Shown here: positions 12,241 through 25,079 of the stretch, piece by piece
How the letters are laid out: each line of letters starts with the position of its first letter
How positions within the stretch are numbered: position 1 is the stretch's first letter
Notes under the pieces: model-generated
What the model was told of the DNA's origin: nothing
Database searches by the model: none
What the model saw: only the letters and a program-made list of their open reading frames with translations
Assembly (NCBI RefSeq): GCF_041956535.1
Contig: NW_027192214.1
Location: 1-62,940 of the forward strand
Direction: 5' to 3'
Source: Calcarisporiella thermophila CBS 279.70
Taxonomy: Eukaryota > Fungi > Calcarisporiellomycota
Length of the DNA stretch: 62,940 bases
Position numbers and translations under genes: made by a program

Positions 12241-13461
12241 TCAACAGTGATATTTTTCCAAGAGGTTCACTATCTCTTTTTTGCACTGGACAAGCATGTC
12301 TTGCGTGCTTTTGCTTGTTGGATCATCTAAATCACGTAAATACCAGGGTGCAATTGCATCTTTCATTTCCAAAATGTCCCGCAGTATATCATAATTTGGT
12401 ATCGTTCGTGGAGTTGCAACCCCACCTTCTTCGAGTGCAGAGTAAAAACACTCTGATAATTCGACCAGCTCCACCGAGGTTAAATTAGAGGAATGTTCAG
12501 AAGAGAGAAAATCATATGATGAAAGGTATTCGTCCTGAGCAGGAAAGGATCCACACCATTCCCAATCAAGAATTGATGTGATATTTAAGGTGGAATCCGA
12601 TATTGGTTTTAGAATTACTTCAGAAACTTGCACTTTGTGAAGGATATCTGAGGTGTTATGGTGGGTATAGTTGACGAGAATATTGGATAAATTCAAGTCG
12701 CCATGAGTAAACACGTAATCATTGACAACTAATTCGAGCTCAGGCTTATTAAGAGTTAGAGCAATGAAGCTTTTTATACGTGGTAGTAATTCACGCAGGG
12801 AAACGTATATAGCATCCGATTGCATTATTTCTATCTCCTGATTAAGCAATTCTCGCATATACTCTTTATATGAGATCCAGGGACCGAGTAGATCAAGCGT
12901 TTTTCCTACACGAACCATATCTAGTGAGTCTCTTCCCCCTTCGAATCCAAAATTACCAATTTGTTCTAACAGACGTCGCTGTTTCAATTCTATACTGATT
13001 TTGGTTTTCATTTCAACGATGATTCCCGCCAACTGCTTTATACATTCTTTCGCTTGGGTTAATGTCAGATATTCCCATATATCGCCTAGTGGAATGCCAT
13101 CCATCTTCTCCATAACAATATATTCGACACCATACTCGCTTTTATCGCTCGACCATACGACAACTCTTGGGACAGGAATTGACGAGAATGCGGTCACTAA
13201 TTGCAAGGAAGCGATCTCGTTTTTTGTCTTGACGCCATTCCAGTACCGACCACTAATCTTCAAAACATATTCCATACTGTCGGTAGTGATAACAAAATAG
13301 AGCCGGTTGTTGTAACCTCGATTCAAGTCGGTGAACTGTGCAATTTCTTTGCGAATGTACTTAGCAAATAAGTCCTCAGCAGACGCTCGACTCATATGAA
13401 TGCCCCATTTGGGTCCTTGACGACCCAAATGATCTGCTTTGTCTTCCGCGAATGTGGACAT
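12241..13461 (-). CDS. Aminoglycoside phosphotransferase/choline kinase-like (APH family) small-molecule kinase
   Basis: Intronless ORF with ATG at 13461 in AAAAAAATG context; motifs RGYNNRLY, YVLK, NEIASL, IPVPRV, HGDLNLSNIL, ILDWEW. Confidence 0.88.
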   Translation of the reverse strand: MSTFAEDKADHLGRQGPKWGIHMSRASAEDLFAKYIRKEIAQFTDLNRGYNNRLYFVITTDSMEYVLKISGRYWNGVKTKNEIASLQLVTAFSSIPVPRVVVWSSDKSEYGVEYIVMEKMDGIPLGDIWEYLTLTQAKECIKQLAGIIVEMKTKISIELKQRRLLEQIGNFGFEGGRDSLDMVRVGKTLDLLGPWISYKEYMRELLNQEIEIMQSDAIYVSLRELLPRIKSFIALTLNKPELELVVNDYVFTHGDLNLSNILVNYTHHNTSDILHKVQVSEVILKPISDSTLNITSILDWEWCGSFPAQDEYLSSYDFLSSEHSSNLTSVELVELSECFYSALEEGGVATPRTIPNYDILRDILEMKDAIAPWYLRDLDDPTSKSTQDMLVQCKKEIVNLLEKYHC

Positions 13462-15418
13462 TTTTTTATACTGCAATTAGTTTCACAGTTAGTTACCAAG
13501 AATTAGGACCTTTTTATTGAAAATAAGGAGAAAGGAGCTGAGCCACAATCTTTTTCAATTTCAAGTTTTATAGAAATTCTGCTGCAAATATTAGAATATC
13601 AAAGTATTCTTTGCAATAGGCGATTTTCCATTCATATGATAATCGTGTCCTCTTGCTTGCTGCCTCGTGGAGAATAATATCATCTGGAATCCTGATATGT
13701 TGGTCCTCTCACCCGGTTCCTGGGACATTCTTGTTGAAGTTGAGACTTTGCTCATAATGCTAAGAAAATTGAACCCTCATGAGAACAATCTTGAACTGAT
13801 GCATTTGGATTTTCCATAGAAATTTAAAAAATTACTCGAATTGTAATGAACTAAAACGTGAAAGAAGATATTCATAGGATCCATTGCAGTTAGAACCTGT
13901 GACTCAGTGCTAGTTTTGTCTTCTTCTTAATTTTCACTATCCCTCCTGAACGTTCGAGGTTTGAGCAAACTTGTGTAGATCTGGGATGATTGCTGCCTGG
14001 GGGTCGCAATTTAATTGGTTTTTCCCAAGTGGTAGATTTTTTTCTACCTCGTATTTCGATGTTTAAATCGGTAAGAGCTTCTCCTCTAGTATTGGTAATG
14101 GAAATGGCTAAATCCTATAGCTATGAATAATGTTGCTCATTTTTCTTGGAATCCAATTAAAAGATTTTAGCACAATAAGTTCAATGGAATGCCTTTTGAA
14201 TATATACCACTGGAAAACACACTACTAGCACAAGATTAATTTCCATAACGATACTCGGAAACTTAGTTAATTGTTTAGAAAACTCACTTTTAGCTAATTT
14301 TACAGTATTAGCTGCTCTAATTTTTCTATATAAATAACAGTTAATATTGAAAATATCCAATCATGGCGCGAGTGTTCAATTGGGTATTTTGGATATAATA
14401 CACTCTATCAAGCTAAATACCAGCTTATTATTCAAATCTTGTTTATGATGCTCGCGTTAGGATTCATAGGGTAACAGGTGCGAAAAATAACAATATAATT
14501 AAAAAAGCTGCATACATTTGAAAAAATTTTTGGCATGCGCAAATCAAATGATGCAACTGGGTGCCATATTGCATCGGATTAAGAAAGTCGAGAAAGCTGA
14601 TCAATCTGACACTGTTGCAAGTGATGAAAAAAGCGAGAGGGGGGATGAAGGAAGGGTGAAAGGAGAGATAACAGTGGTGAGAAAAAGCAGATTACTATTT
14701 TTGTGAATTGTATTTTTTTTTTTTTTGAATTAGTTATTAAACAGTCGGGTATTGCCAAAAATCCGTGACTTATTGTATATTAAACTTACAGAATTAATAC
14801 ATAGTTTTACTTCTTTGCCCGAAGAAAATACTTTTTATAATAGTCCCTTCTTTACATTTTTATTTAAAAAAATCTAGTTCCTTTCATGAGAATATTAATT
14901 TCACATTCTTATAATTTTAAGTTTCAAAGAGAAATCATCCTGCTCGATTTCAGCATTATTTTTTCTTGTTGGATTAGGTTGAAAGTGGATTGTAATAAGA
15001 GCATCTTATGTGAATTATTCGGTATTACTAAACAGAGTTCCGTTGTAATAATTAAGATAAAACATTTTAGATGAATGATGTGAGCCGACCCTTAATACGA
15101 AAGTAGCACAGTATTTGGTTTATATCTGATTTTCGATATGGGGATATCGAAGTTATGTAATAAAGAAAGGTATATACAGGGAGATGAGGAGAAGACTTAA
15201 AGTGGGCTCAAACGTGTAATGTCGTATCTACAGCATGTGCGCATTAAATCGACTCAGTGGTAGCGAGACAGCCCAATGAAGTTATCGAGTGCGAGTGTTT
15301 GCCACAGTTTAATCTTTCGTTCATGGTTATACCCACCACTCCTCATTACATTAAATCAAATTAAAATTACAAGCTGAACATCGACGGTAGAGGACTTGAT
15401 GAAGAAATGAGAAAGGCT

Positions 15419-17825
15419 TTATACAGGAGTAGAATAGAATATACTATATATTCCTAAATACTTTCGGTCGTAATCTTTATACCGCTCACATACCATGTTG
15501 TAATCAAGCAAAGGAACGGTTGATATTTCCCTTTTTCTTCTCAATAGACGCAAAAACTCCATTTGGCTTTTAGGGCTCCCGGAGTGTTTTTGAGTAAAAT
15601 TAGATGCTTCATTTATAAGCGACTTGTTCCCAGTATCCTCTGTTAATTCAGGATGTGTATTGGTCGAAATAATGAGGTTTAGGTTATCATCAGGCTGATC
15701 TTTTGCCTGCCTCAGATCCTCAAGAGCATGCTCTATGTGAATCATTAAAATGGTCCTGAAGCTGTATGGTCCTTTCCCCCGCGTTTTCGGGTTTTCTCTT
15801 CTCAGTGCGTGGAACTCGATTTCTGCCTCACTTAGCTCACCTAGAAACATTTTCACGCGTGCTCGCTCGAAACGCGTAAAGTAAAAAATGTAATGATCAA
15901 GCACTATTTTATAGCCGTTTCGGATTACGGTCTCAAAGCACGTCATCGCAAGCTGAACATATTCATCGCACGGAAATGAGGCCGAGCCATCCTCATAAAA
16001 GGCCAGTTTAGAAGCAATGATGCCTTTGAGCATGTAACCAAGACAGTAGTCATCCCAATAATTAGCATATTCTTTTTTATCAGCAGAGTCGATTGAACAA
16101 AGGGAACCCTTTCGCTTTGAGATAGTTGAGGTCGGAGATTGTGCACGTGATTTATGCTTCTTGCCCAAACAAGGTTCAATGACGTCTACAGGAACTATAT
16201 TCTCTGCGAGTTGCTCAAGATTCGCCAGCTCCTCTGCCACGAAAGTAAGGCAATTCTTCAGTTGCGAAACGTTCATGAAATTATAGCAGTTCCATATGTA
16301 CATGAGCTCAAATATAGGTAAGAACAACCGGTGGTCTTGCGCAAAGAATTTGCGCGCCTTTCTTGCTACAAATTTCTAAGTAGCAGAGATTAGCAATGGC
16401 AATTCTCTTAAAGAACCCTTCCATTTCGATGAGAGCCTAATTACCTCTATCGGCAAGCAAATCCTACCGTGGGGATATACTAAGTTGTTTACATCCCTCA
16501 TTGCTTCAATTGCCTCTTGTAAACTCTCCTCTGTGCCTAAAGTGTAAGAAACGGCGGCTTTGTGGTAGCGATAGGTTGCCTTGGACCACATACTTTCAGT
16601 TGCAAGAATATCAATTGTATCTAGTGCCTTTTTCCAGTCCAAAACGATGCAGTAGCAATGGAACAAGTACCAGCACGAGCAATGAAGCACCTGCCTATAT
16701 TCTTGTCGCGTTTGGATGGTAAATTCAAATATTTGAATGGCCGCGTCAGCGTCATGAGAAAGCATGTGGACTACCCCAAAAATATCAAGAAACATAATGC
16801 TGTGCTCATATCGTGTCACTAGCGAATTAGCAATCTTGACGGCGGTGGAGAGATCATAGCTAGGATTAGGAACAAAGCTATTCGACACAACATGAAAAAT
16901 ACAAGTTATGGCATCACTGATGCTAGCGCGTATTCCGTTGCAGCCACGCCCTGCTGCACGCTCGAAATGACTGAGTTTTGTACCCTGTTTCCACCCGCCC
17001 GGAGCCATAAGAAGCTCGAGCCCGTATTCGCGATTGGCCTTGAAACCAGCGGTTCGAAGAAGGGAGGCGTATTTTGGATAGAGAATATTCGCGTAGGAGA
17101 CGCATATCATCATCAATGCAGGGTCGATGGCGATACCCGAATAGAAATCTTTATCGATATTGAAGCGAGAGATATCAATGCCCCTTTCACGCTCTTCCTC
17201 GATAGCTACTGTAAATTTTTCTATTGCGCTCGAGATAGCCTGGCACCGCTTAGTGTGCAGCGCAGCCTTAAATAATGACCGATCGCTACCTTTAATAAAC
17301 CTGATTAAAGATAGAAGATAACTGGCCTCTGCAACTACGAGCTCCTGGTGGAAAGATTGCCAACCGAGTGAGCCAAGATTAAGGTGTATTGTGTTTAGCT
17401 TTCAGATATGGAGAGGAACAAACTGGACTTACCGCATGCATTTGGCGCGATGTCATTTTTTTGAACACGCCTATCGATGGTCCGCCCAGTATGATATCGC
17501 CAAGAATGGATCTACAAGTTCTTCGAAATTGTATAGCTAATTTAATCGTTTGTTGCAAGGCCCTATATGCTTTGTCGATATCGTCTGGCTTGAAAGTTAA
17601 TAGGGCACGTAATGCGAGGATGTTGCTATAGCCGTGAGTAGAGTAGAGGGATTTGTTGTGTCTCTTCAACACAAGAGCTTCTGCATCACTCATACGAGTA
17701 TTGAAAAATAAATCTATAGCTTGTTTTGTTAGATCGATATCCGCTTTTAATTCCTCTTCATCTTGTTGGCTCGTTTGCTGATGGCGGAGAAACAACTTCT
17801 GCACAAATGGTATAAGGTCACACAT
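15419..17825 (-). CDS. IML2/TTC39-family TPR-like protein (3 exons)
   Basis: Introns 17345-17432 and 16376-16444 restore the family-like motifs HA|ELVVAE and LPIE|KFVARKARKF; also GFKANREYGL and SMWSKATYRY. The 3' end is uncertain. Confidence 0.82.
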
Positions 17826-19032
17826 GATGTTATTCCTTAACCGATTTTTGGAGCAAATATACAGTGGTAATGATGATAAGTTGAAGTAGATCGAGGTGAT
17901 AAAAAAACTCGAATCAATAATGATTGAAGGCGCATATAGCTTATATAACGCGATTCAATTGACAATGTGGCCCATCTCTTGGTCTAGAGCGCTTCGACTA
18001 AGAGGACCCGATAATTACAAAGAGTGCTCCAAAAAAGCAAGAGTCTTTCCGTATTAACAGTTGAAAATAATACAAGTTCTCGGCTTCATCACAATATAGA
18101 TGTAGCAATTAAGCCTGATATGTTTGAATTTTAACCCCCGTCAGAAGAAACCACTGTTATTGGATGATATTGGCGCCCATTCTTATTTAAGCTCAGAGTT
18201 TAGACAATGTCATTTCTAGGGTAGTTTGTTTCAGAGACCAAGCCTGGGATCATTTCGACCATCTCACGCAGGCTCGCCTTGTATACGTCTTTGTTCGAAG
18301 CCGCTAAACAACGCGTTGCAACTGTATTGATTACACGGAAAAAGAAAGCGCTTATCCCATATCTTGAAAGTTTCAGCCACAAATTCCCTCCTGCACTTAG
18401 CATCTTGATGCTGGTGTCCTTGGGAATTGGTCGAAGCATATCCATGTAAATTTGACAAAATGTTCGACGATACGTCCTTTCTCCGCTTTTTCTAGATGCT
18501 CTGATCATCTATCATGCCACTTTTGACTGCTTCAACTCAGGTTATCTGATAATGCCTGGTATTTTGGCAGAGATAATTTTTATATTTTTATCATGCCGCC
18601 ATAAACAAAAGTCAAGTGCGGGAAAACGATCACTGGAATGCTTATTAGTACTTTTGGCGGGGATATAATTAAAATTTAAAACTATACTTGTATCCTAGCG
18701 TATTTTAATTATTCTCCGTGTGCATTTTAATGAAGATTCCACTCTAATGAAGATACTATAATATAACTCTTTTGAATCAGATCACATTTGGCTTTAAACC
18801 ACTGGTAATCTCGCGATTTATCCAGCCGCATTTGCTCGCAAACCACTGCCAAACAGAAATCATCCAGGTGAATCCACATACTATTGAGTTGGTAATTTAT
18901 TTATTACTTCTCATCCTAAATAAACCTTATTTCTTAAGCTATAATATTATATCACTTTCTCATATTCATCATAAATGCGCTGTCCATTCGCCGAACTGTT
19001 ACTAACTAGATGATCTTCAAAGGAATGTGAAA

Positions 19033-19891
19033 TCACTTCCATACACGATCGAGAAACTCGGCAATAAGAGGTGCAATCTCAGGGAGGCATTCTTCAAGTG
19101 CAAAATGGCAAGTGTCGAATATATGCAGTTGGGCATCGGGCAAATCTTGTAAGTAGACATGGGCACTATTCTCGATAAAAAAAGGATCGTTTCTACCCCA
19201 GACAATAAGGGTTGGAGGTCAATGGGCATTTTTGCCATTTTGGGTAGATAGAAACATTCGTCTTATAATTAAACGAAAGCTCGATCTGAATTTCCTTACG
19301 GCCAGGTATATCAAGGTAATGCTGGTCATGGATCCATCCAACGGGAGAGATTGATGTAGGATCCTTTTCTCCAGTCTCATATTGGCTACGAGTTTCTTTC
19401 ACTGTGAAGAGCTCAAGGACTTTATCTCTAGCTCCTATCTTGGCTGGCTCGAGACTGACCAACTTCAAAAACGTGGATGACAAGCCCTCAACATATGCAT
19501 TGCCATTTTGAACGACCAACCCAGCAATCCGTTCAGGATGGCGGGTAGCCAAGCGGAATCCAACCGGCGCACCATAGTCAAACACATACATCACAAATCG
19601 ATTCTGCTCCAGGGCTTGTCAAAAACCCTCGGTAATATCGGCAAGTTTGTCGAAGCAATAAGAAAAGTGGGTCGGGTCAGGTGCGTCAGTATTCCCGAAA
19701 CCTGAAAAATCCGGTGCGATCAAACGATAACGGGTACCAAGTGCCTCCATAAGACGCCGGCACTGGTATGAAGATGATGGGAATCCATGTAGTAATAACA
19801 TCGTAGCTGCATCTGTGAGACCAGCCTCTCTGTAAAACACTTGAATACCATCAATTTTGATGAATCGATGAGCTATCCTAGCATGGTTCAT
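19033..19891 (-). pseudogene. Bacterial-type alpha/beta hydrolase (epoxide hydrolase/haloalkane dehalogenase-like) pseudogene
   Basis: Motifs FYREAG, LLLHGFPSSS, APDFSGFG, VFDYGAPVG (Asp nucleophile), QNGNAY, PTLIVWGRNDPFF, HFALE. In-frame TGA at 19619-19621 and a frameshift near 19230; no introns. Confidence 0.88.
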
Positions 19892-22494
19892 ATACACCTG
19901 CAAATAGTTATTATCAAGAGGATTTCTAAAATCCTAAGTTCAAATTGTGAACTGAATGCTAAAGAGCAGATAAGCTCGGACTTACAGAGCGTGCCATACT
20001 TTATACATTTCAACAATGTAGGTGACCGAGACTGCACTACGTGTGATGGTGGCTTGCAATATGCTCAATTAACCGGCAAGTCGGTAATGTGCCGTACCTG
20101 GGTCAAGTTGAATTTGCCATTATTAAATCCTGTCAATGGTGAACTTCATTGTCCCTGCCCTAGCTCAGAATCCCGGGGATGCGAGCAGAAACAGAGGCTT
20201 AGGAGGGTGAGACTTGCTTAAAAAGGTGGTGCACAGTGGAGATGCTATTCAATTCGCGTGTAGATGCAGAGTATTAAAACACGCTGTATTATGTGAGAAA
20301 CGATTGGTTAGCATTATCGGCAAGTATTGAGAAGTTTTGCCATGCTACAGTCGAGTAAACCATGGTTTTTTTTTGTTATCCCCCCGGTCACCAGACTAAT
20401 ATTCCTTTCAGCTCGTTGGCACATGTTCCCTAGAATCCGAGAGCATTCTATCAACGATCAAGATAAGCTTGGCCAAACCGCCTTTTAAGAACTGTATACT
20501 ATATGGAAATACTCTTTGATTGAATCCCGAAAAATACGTGAAGTAAATTGGTCGAAGCACGAAAGAGATCTTTCTGGAGCCAGCGTACTCGCTGGAGACA
20601 AGAAGCCACAAAGCTAAAGAAAGAGCATGCATTTCCAGTCCCTTGGACGAAGAATATTTGTAATGATCCAACTTAGTAATATCAATCACGATAATCTTGT
20701 TGTGGTTTCTCAACAATAGCCTAGCATCAAAATAATAAGAGTCGATTCGCAATACTATTGAATTACCTCTCCTTTGACTCCGAATAATCTACCTTGAGAA
20801 AGGTAAGCAATCAATCGAGGTTCAAAACAACATCAACGATCCCCTCTATCTGAGCTTTCGCGTACATGCAAACTCAATTAAAGCCACACCCGCTTCATTT
20901 TGATACTAAAATTGTTTGTTCCAGGAAAAAACAATGCGAACACATCCACAATTCAACCTGTTTGAACCGTGCGAAGTTTGACAACGTGTGCTTATTTGAA
21001 AACCAATCCGAGATCAATAAAGTGAACACTTTGACAATTATTAGTCGATTAGAAGGTGTTGAAAGCCAGTCATAAAGTGAAATAAAAGGAGATTCTGGAG
21101 AATAGGAAAACAAAGTGGTTCCCTCTATGCTTTGCCAATCCTCTCAAATCCCCTTGTAAAAGGACATTTATACGTCAAACTCTAGCACATGCAAGTTCAA
21201 ATTCACAAATTAGACCATATCATTGCTTAAAATTTGCCTTCAAGAATATACTGATTTTTTTAATTCTTTCATTCAAATTTTAAATGTCGGAGGTGCATCA
21301 CATAGATCTGAACATCCACTGTGTCTCTCACAATCTGTCTCTGTCCCCACATTATTCGAATGGACTAGCATCATGCGAGTGATCACAAGCTCTTGAAACG
21401 ACCAGCGATATTTCTATAGATTTATGTGATGCAAGCTGCAGCCCAAGAGGCATCGTGATGCTCAACCCGTCTCTGAAACAGTACATTTCTTCTAATTTTA
21501 TTGCTATTCATCTAGCTTGCCAGGAAGAATTGATGGAAGCTTTATTTTTCAGCAAATAAGCTTTATTCTTCGTTCCTTAACTTAGGATTAACCTGAAACC
21601 ACTCTCTACATTAATATATCTCGCTAAGATTCTTCGCATTTCGATATGTTGTCTATTTTTACGCAAACGAGCATTTGATATTCAGTATTTTCGTGAAAAC
21701 TCTGATCACATGTTGGAACAAAGTGTGTTGGATAGTTCCATCTTGCAAAGTGATTCGTATCAACTGCAAATATAGAGTACACTGCCCTAACAAGATATAC
21801 GATTGAATTGGCTGGGCAGATGGGTGCAGGTAACATACTGTAATTAAGGGAAATTTTTGAGAGGCAAACCGAGGTACAATAGTTGAAATATGAGGGACTA
21901 GAGTAAGTGATTGTAAACCTATAGTATGCAAACTTTTGAACATTTTCTTAAGGCAAAAGCTTACAAATTCATATTTCCCTTTTTAATAAACTCCTTATTG
22001 TTACTTATAAACTCGGACCTGCTCTCGTACATTATCTAGGTGGTTTGGTCGAATGCGTGGTTGTGCTTGATTTGTGCACTTATTGGTAATAGTAAATTGG
22101 TAAAATGAATAAAATTATACAAAGATTTTATAGATAAAGAAATGGTACGAAGACAAAAATAAGGTAAAAAAACATGCATTTTTGTCAAAATGTTGGCTCT
22201 ATAGTCTTGTTTAGTAAGGTGAAACCAAAGCAGCACATGCCAATACATACATGTATTATAGGGTGCTAATCTTTTTAGAGTAAAAAGGTCGATCTATTAT
22301 TAATTTCCTATTAAACTGTTCTTGCTCGAAATTTCCAGTGAAAAACTTCTTTAAATAAAAAGGCATCTATCTTTGTTTACTGTAAATCTAAGGATCCATC
22401 ACCATAATTTATTTCTAGAGCATCTACTTAGGTAATGAAATCCAAATGAAAACATCCAACACAAAAAACGAGGTGATATATTCACAAAATCCAC

Positions 22495-22722
22495 TTAGGC
22501 ACAGGGGCTAGTGGCTCCATAGCCTTTACAGCAATTCTTGAAAGTTCCATCGTTCCTCGTGATGCAGAACTTTCCAGCAATACTTCCATCGGCCTTTTTG
22601 CAGCACTGCTGGGTCATGTAGAACTTATTTCGCTCCGAGAAGTTGCCACTGCACTGGCATCGACCTGCCAAAGTGAAAGTGATGAAGGAGAGAAGGAACA
22701 TAGCAATGTAAAGGGCGCGCAT
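22495..22722 (-). CDS. Small secreted cysteine-rich protein (75 aa, 8 Cys)
   Basis: ATG in CAACATG context; signal peptide ending TLA; mature pattern CxC-CC-C-CC-C; TATA-like sequence about 100 nt upstream. Confidence 0.85.
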   Translation of the reverse strand: MRALYIAMFLLSFITFTLAGRCQCSGNFSERNKFYMTQQCCKKADGSIAGKFCITRNDGTFKNCCKGYGATSPCA

Positions 22723-23669
22723 GTTGAAATATCAGAGAGAACAAACAGTGAGAGTGGAATCAATGAACCAGAGGATTTTTCCTAGTCAGTGATAAATTTT
22801 CTTAATTAAAAAACACTGCCCTTTTATATCACTACAAAGCGGATAAAAATCGGACGAAGTCTGAAGTAATCTCCTCTTCCTATTCATCGAAAAATGAATA
22901 ATATAGATATGATTACAAAGGGAAGCAAATCAGAGTTCTATCGCAGTGTAGTACGAGAGTCATTGTGGCGGCCACGTAAGTTTGCTTTTTACATGATCCA
23001 TTTCTGGCCAAGCACCTCTCCTTTATCCCAATGTCATCCCCTTGGCACCTGTCTATATTTGGGTCCCAGCATATCTGACTCACCTTAGTTGAAATGCGTA
23101 CAATACATATACTCATATTACCACTTTTTTTTTTATTTAATATACTATTATATATATAGTTTCTTGTGCCTATTGCTTAGCCAAATCCAATTATGGTTTT
23201 AAAATATGCCTCAGTTTATTGTGGGGCCTTATTAAATGGACGGCTGAATTTATTTATACCTTTCTGTGAAAGAAATTGGATCTATGAATAGGAAAAAATA
23301 AAAATCTAAGCAAAATACTAAAGAAAGTTAGTGCTATTAATGGCAGTAGTGAGAGGTACCACCTTTGGAGGGTAATTTTTCCATCGAATATAATTAAGAA
23401 GGTCGAGAGAGGGCGGTTAATACTAGAAGCAAAGTACTGTAAATCTTTGCTAGAGCATTTTGCGAGAGAGCTCGATAGTAATGGCATTCTACGAATATTT
23501 CATAGAATCTTCAATAGGCTGAAAATTCAAGCTCCGCTAAATTAATCTGGGTTCCTGGAAATTCATATTCACCAATCTTCCGATCCATTCGATCTGGGTT
23601 TGCTTGTACATAGGTGAAGGACTCTAACTTTTGGCCGAAGTATTCTCTAGATTTAGAGTGGCTTTTTTA

Positions 23670-23807
23670 TGTTATCGGCATTTGGAGAGAAAGATTTAAC
23701 TCCTTATTAATTTATTACAATCTCAAATGTACGTATATATATCCAATAAATGATGACGTAGCTACGTAGACAGAGATTAAGAAGATCTGAAAGTAACATA
23801 TGTAACA
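23670..23807 (-). mobile_element. Short solo-LTR-like element
   Basis: TG...CA ends with internal TATATATA and AATAAA on the minus strand; 23682-23808 is identical to 37727-37853. No TSD is visible. Confidence 0.65.
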
Positions 23808-23811
23808 GCAT

Positions 23812-23956
23812 TGTCACGTTTCGTAGTTTCAGCTTGTCTTGTACATGTGACTATTTGTGACATCATCATTATATGCATATATATATTGGCTTTTGGACAT
23901 TGGAATAAACGAAGCGGAGTTTTCTCTTACTCTCCTATCTCAAACTATCCTTAACA
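23812..23956 (+). mobile_element. Short solo-LTR-like element, head-to-head with the previous copy
   Basis: TGTCAC...TTAACA with TATATATA and AATAAA; flanks AGCAT/GGCGT (possibly a decayed TSD); similar to 5706-5854. Confidence 0.6.
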
Positions 23957-25079
23957 GGCGTGTTTGGACATTTGTAAAAAATGGATATTGAGTTTTGCTA
24001 TAAAGCCCTTCGAAAGAGTATCCATTTTAGTAACAGTTAACAAGTCACTTATGATACGATAATGCTTCGCTACTACATTTTAACGCTTTGTTATCACTCA
24101 AATTCTTATTCATAATTATTTTGCGTATATAATCGAACTACTATAGAGCCCTAAATTTTGGCGTAATTTACAAACTTAGATTAATTTTTAGCCTTAGTAC
24201 TATGCTTGCGTTATTGTTGGGCTAGGCGTTTAGATCAGTCATAGATTATACGGTTCTCGGATAACTTGATTCCAAGATAGTATTAACTTAACCTCAAGCA
24301 ATACAATTATAAGTTCAAAGCTATTTCTGACAATTAAATACGCCTCGGAAATAACAATGCTGTTTGCTGCCGCGTTATCACGACGTAATAGTTCAACCTT
24401 AGATGAAAACGACAAATATTGGCTCGGGATTTTCAGAAATTGTCATAAGAGGCCATTGATTCAACAAGTATTTTAAGAATAACATAGAACGCGTAGAACA
24501 ATTGTATGTAATCCCAAAAAACTTCGATCCTTAATATGATTCATTCCTTGTAATTGTAAACATGATCGAAGCTGATTGAATTGTTTTATTTTTCATGTCC
24601 AATGACAAGATCAGCACTTCAATTGCCCTGAAGATGTAAGCTAGAGTAACACATAATGCTAGCTCGAGCATTATATCATAGAGGCATGTTATCTCTGGAT
24701 TTCATGGTTATCGGTACGTGGAATTCCGGGCCTTATATCCTTAATAATTCTGAAATAAACTGCTAAATCCACCTGCTCTAAGATATTCCTAAGTCTGAAA
24801 GATTGTCTATAAACTTAATAGGCCATTCAATCTTGATGAAAGGGCCTTATTGCCCTATCACTATTAATAATTTATCAATGAATCATTTTATTACCCAAAT
24901 TGTGGGACTAATGGAGCTCCTGTCAATGGATGTAAAATGTATGAAATTTTAAGTGCCATTTTCTTACTGAGCAGGTATTCACTCCTGAAATTTGCCCTCA
25001 ATGGATTCAACAAATTTGGCCTAGAAGTCGACCTCAAAGAGCAGTTTCATCTAATAAATACAATGGTTAAAGACTAAGC

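Noticed and set aside
18200-18508. 102-aa ORF, possible transposon relic
   Set aside because: No recognisable catalytic motif, terminal repeats or TSD.
19619-19621. In-frame TGA as selenocysteine or readthrough
   Set aside because: The position is not a catalytic Cys site and the gene also has a frameshift; simple pseudogenisation is more likely.
20400-21950. Several short ORFs on both strands
   Set aside because: No motifs, consistent splice model or clear signal peptide.
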